Position numbers and translations under genes: made by a program
In this document: positions 62,313-64,000 of the stretch, in pieces
Numbering within the stretch: the stretch's first letter is position 1
How the letters are laid out: every line of letters starts with the position of its first letter
Assembly (NCBI GenBank): GCA_043823065.1
Contig: JBDRBB010000006.1
Location: 128,001 to 192,000, forward strand
DNA: 64,000 nucleotides
DNA from: Pseudomonadota bacterium
GTDB lineage: Bacteria; UBA10199; 2-02-FULL-44-16; DYJF01
Direction: 5' to 3'
The notes under the pieces: model-generated
What the model was told of the DNA's origin: nothing
Seen by the model: only the letters and a program-made list of their open reading frames with translations
Database searches by the model: none

Positions 62313-64000
62313 AAAAAGAAATTTTTAAACACATCCATCCTGGCGATCGAATCTTTATTGGCACTGCTTGCGGCGAACCCCAATACTTGGTACAGTCTTT
62401 GATTGAATACGTGGAATCCAATCCCAAAGCTTTTTTTGATACTGAAGTTTATCATGTTTGGACCTTGGGCGTGGCGCCTTATGCCCAATCCAAGTTTAAG
62501 GCCAATTTCCGTCACAACTCTTTTTTCATTGGCGATAATACGCGTAGCGCTGTTAATGAAGGTTTGGCAGACTACACCCCAATTTTTCTATCAGAAGTCC
62601 CTTATTTATTTGCAACTGGCCGCTTGCCGGTTGATGTAGCCTTGATTCAAGTCAGTCCGCCAGATAAATATGGTTTTGTAAGCTTGGGTATAAGCGTGGA
62701 TATTGTTAAAGCTGCAGTGGACAATGCCAAATTAATTATTGCCCAAGTTAATAAAAACATGCCGCGCGTACATGGTGATGGATTTATAAATATTAAAAAC
62801 ATACATTTTGTGGTTGAACATGATGAAGATCTTTTGGAATACAAAACCCAACCGCCTGGGGGAATTGCCCAAAAAATCGGCAAACATGTTTCTCAAATAA
62901 TTGAAAACGGCGACACCATTCAAGTCGGCTATGGCAGCATTCCTAACGCGATTTTAGCTGAGCTTGGCTCTAAAAAACATTTAGGCATTCATACCGAGCT
63001 CATCAGCGATGGCATTGTGAATCTAATCAAAAAAGGTGTGGTGGATAATTCCAGAAAAAATATTGATAAAGGAAAGACCATTGCCTCTTTTTGTATGGGC
63101 CATAAATCCACTTATGAATTTATTCATGACAACCCTGGAATTGAATTTCGTTCGGTTAAATATACCAACAACCCGCTAATTATTGCTCAACATGAAAATA
63201 TCGTGGCTATAAACAGCGCCTTGGAAATTGACCTTACCGGCCAGGCCACTGCTGAATCTTTGGGCAAGACTTTTTACAGCGGCATTGGCGGCCAGGCAGA
63301 TTTTATGCGCGGCGCAGTTTTGTCCAAGCATGGCAAAACTATTTTAGCTATTCAATCTACTGCTGAAGACGAGCAAACTTCCAGAATTGCTCCTTTCTTA
63401 AAAGAAGGGGCCGGCGTCACCTTAATTAGAGGCGATATTCATTATGTGGTTACTGAATACGGCATTGCCTATTTGCACGGTAAAAACATCAGGGAACGCG
63501 CCATGTCCCTAATAGCCATTGCCCATCCCAAATTTCGCCCCCAATTAATGGAAGAGGCAAAAAAGCTAAACCTAATTTATAAAGACCAGGCTTTTATTCC
63601 CGGCAAAAGGGGTGAATATCCAGAACATCTGGAAACCTTGCGCACCACCAATCAGGGTGTGTCCATCCACTTTCGGCCGGTTAAAATCAGCGATGAGCCC
63701 TTGCTAAAAGATTTGTTTTATTCCTTAACCGAAGAAAGCATGTATCGCCGCTTTATCTCCAAACGCCGAGATATGCCACATGAACGTCTGCAAGATTTTG
63801 TGATTATTGACTATACCAAACAAATGGTGATTTTAGCTATAGCTAAACATGAAGATCAAGAAACAGTGTTAGGTATTGGCGAATATAACATTCAAGAAGA
63901 AACTCATAGCGCAGAGGTTGCATTTGCTGTACAAGACAAATATCAAGGAAAAGGCATTGGCACTGAACTCTTAAATTACTTAATTTTGCTGGCCAAGAAA
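62309..64000 (+). CDS. Acetyl-CoA hydrolase/CoA-transferase fused to a C-terminal GNAT domain (3' truncated by the window)
   Basis: Manual translation MKKEIFKHIHPGDRIFIGTACGEPQ...QVGYGSIPNA...HTE...SGIGGQADF...AEVAFAVQDKYQGKGIG. Not in the ORF track because it has no stop in the window. Confidence 0.9.
   Translation, partial: MKKEIFKHIHPGDRIFIGTACGEPQYLVQSLIEYVESNPKAFFDTEVYHVWTLGVAPYAQSKFKANFRHNSFFIGDNTRSAVNEGLADYTPIFLSEVPYLFATGRLPVDVALIQVSPPDKYGFVSLGISVDIVKAAVDNAKLIIAQVNKNMPRVHGDGFINIKNIHFVVEHDEDLLEYKTQPPGGIAQKIGKHVSQIIENGDTIQVGYGSIPNAILAELGSKKHLGIHTELISDGIVNLIKKGVVDNSRKNIDKGKTIASFCMGHKSTYEFIHDNPGIEFRSVKYTNNPLIIAQHENIVAINSALEIDLTGQATAESLGKTFYSGIGGQADFMRGAVLSKHGKTILAIQSTAEDEQTSRIAPFLKEGAGVTLIRGDIHYVVTEYGIAYLHGKNIRERAMSLIAIAHPKFRPQLMEEAKKLNLIYKDQAFIPGKRGEYPEHLETLRTTNQGVSIHFRPVKISDEPLLKDLFYSLTEESMYRRFISKRRDMPHERLQDFVIIDYTKQMVILAIAKHEDQETVLGIGEYNIQEETHSAEVAFAVQDKYQGKGIGTELLNYLILLAKK

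Noticed and set aside
132..62923. Numerous 60-140 aa ORFs antisense or out of frame to long genes
   Set aside because: They overlap well-supported genes or repeats and show no recognisable motifs.

Overview
AT-rich Gram-negative bacterial chromosome segment. TIGR02147-type and TSP3-repeat lipoprotein genes hint at a deltaproteobacterial/Bdellovibrionota-like lineage (inference). The housekeeping backbone comprises purH (5' part), mlaDFE, alr, coaD, a class II aldolase, TolC/RND, a lytic transglycosylase, TolC-MlaC-phosphodiesterase-etfBA-acyl-CoA dehydrogenase, a deoxynucleoside kinase, a FadF-like oxidoreductase, pyruvate decarboxylase, LemA/TPM, WtpA, FdhD and an acetyl-CoA hydrolase-GNAT fusion. 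Three things stand out. (1) A metallocofactor cluster mixes the two hydrogenase maturation pathways: a HypC-HydE fusion, an intact HydG and HypA, with no HydF or HypDEF in the window. (2) Three orphan proteins (caspase-like 843 aa, transglutaminase-TPR 610 aa, and a 3799-aa multi-domain giant) are almost free of lysine and share one promoter-like motif, TAGCAAC-N14-(GC/TG)CGATAA, 7-12 nt before an ATG that has no Shine-Dalgarno sequence; together they are a candidate sigma28-type effector regulon. (3) A 'toxin-antitoxin module divergent from a large orphan gene' unit occurs three times, bordered by duplicated or truncated gene ends, with no integrase in view. Several families of small palindromic elements are present, one inserted in frame in a protein. 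I recognised no rRNA, tRNA or CRISPR array. All counts and alignments were made by eye.
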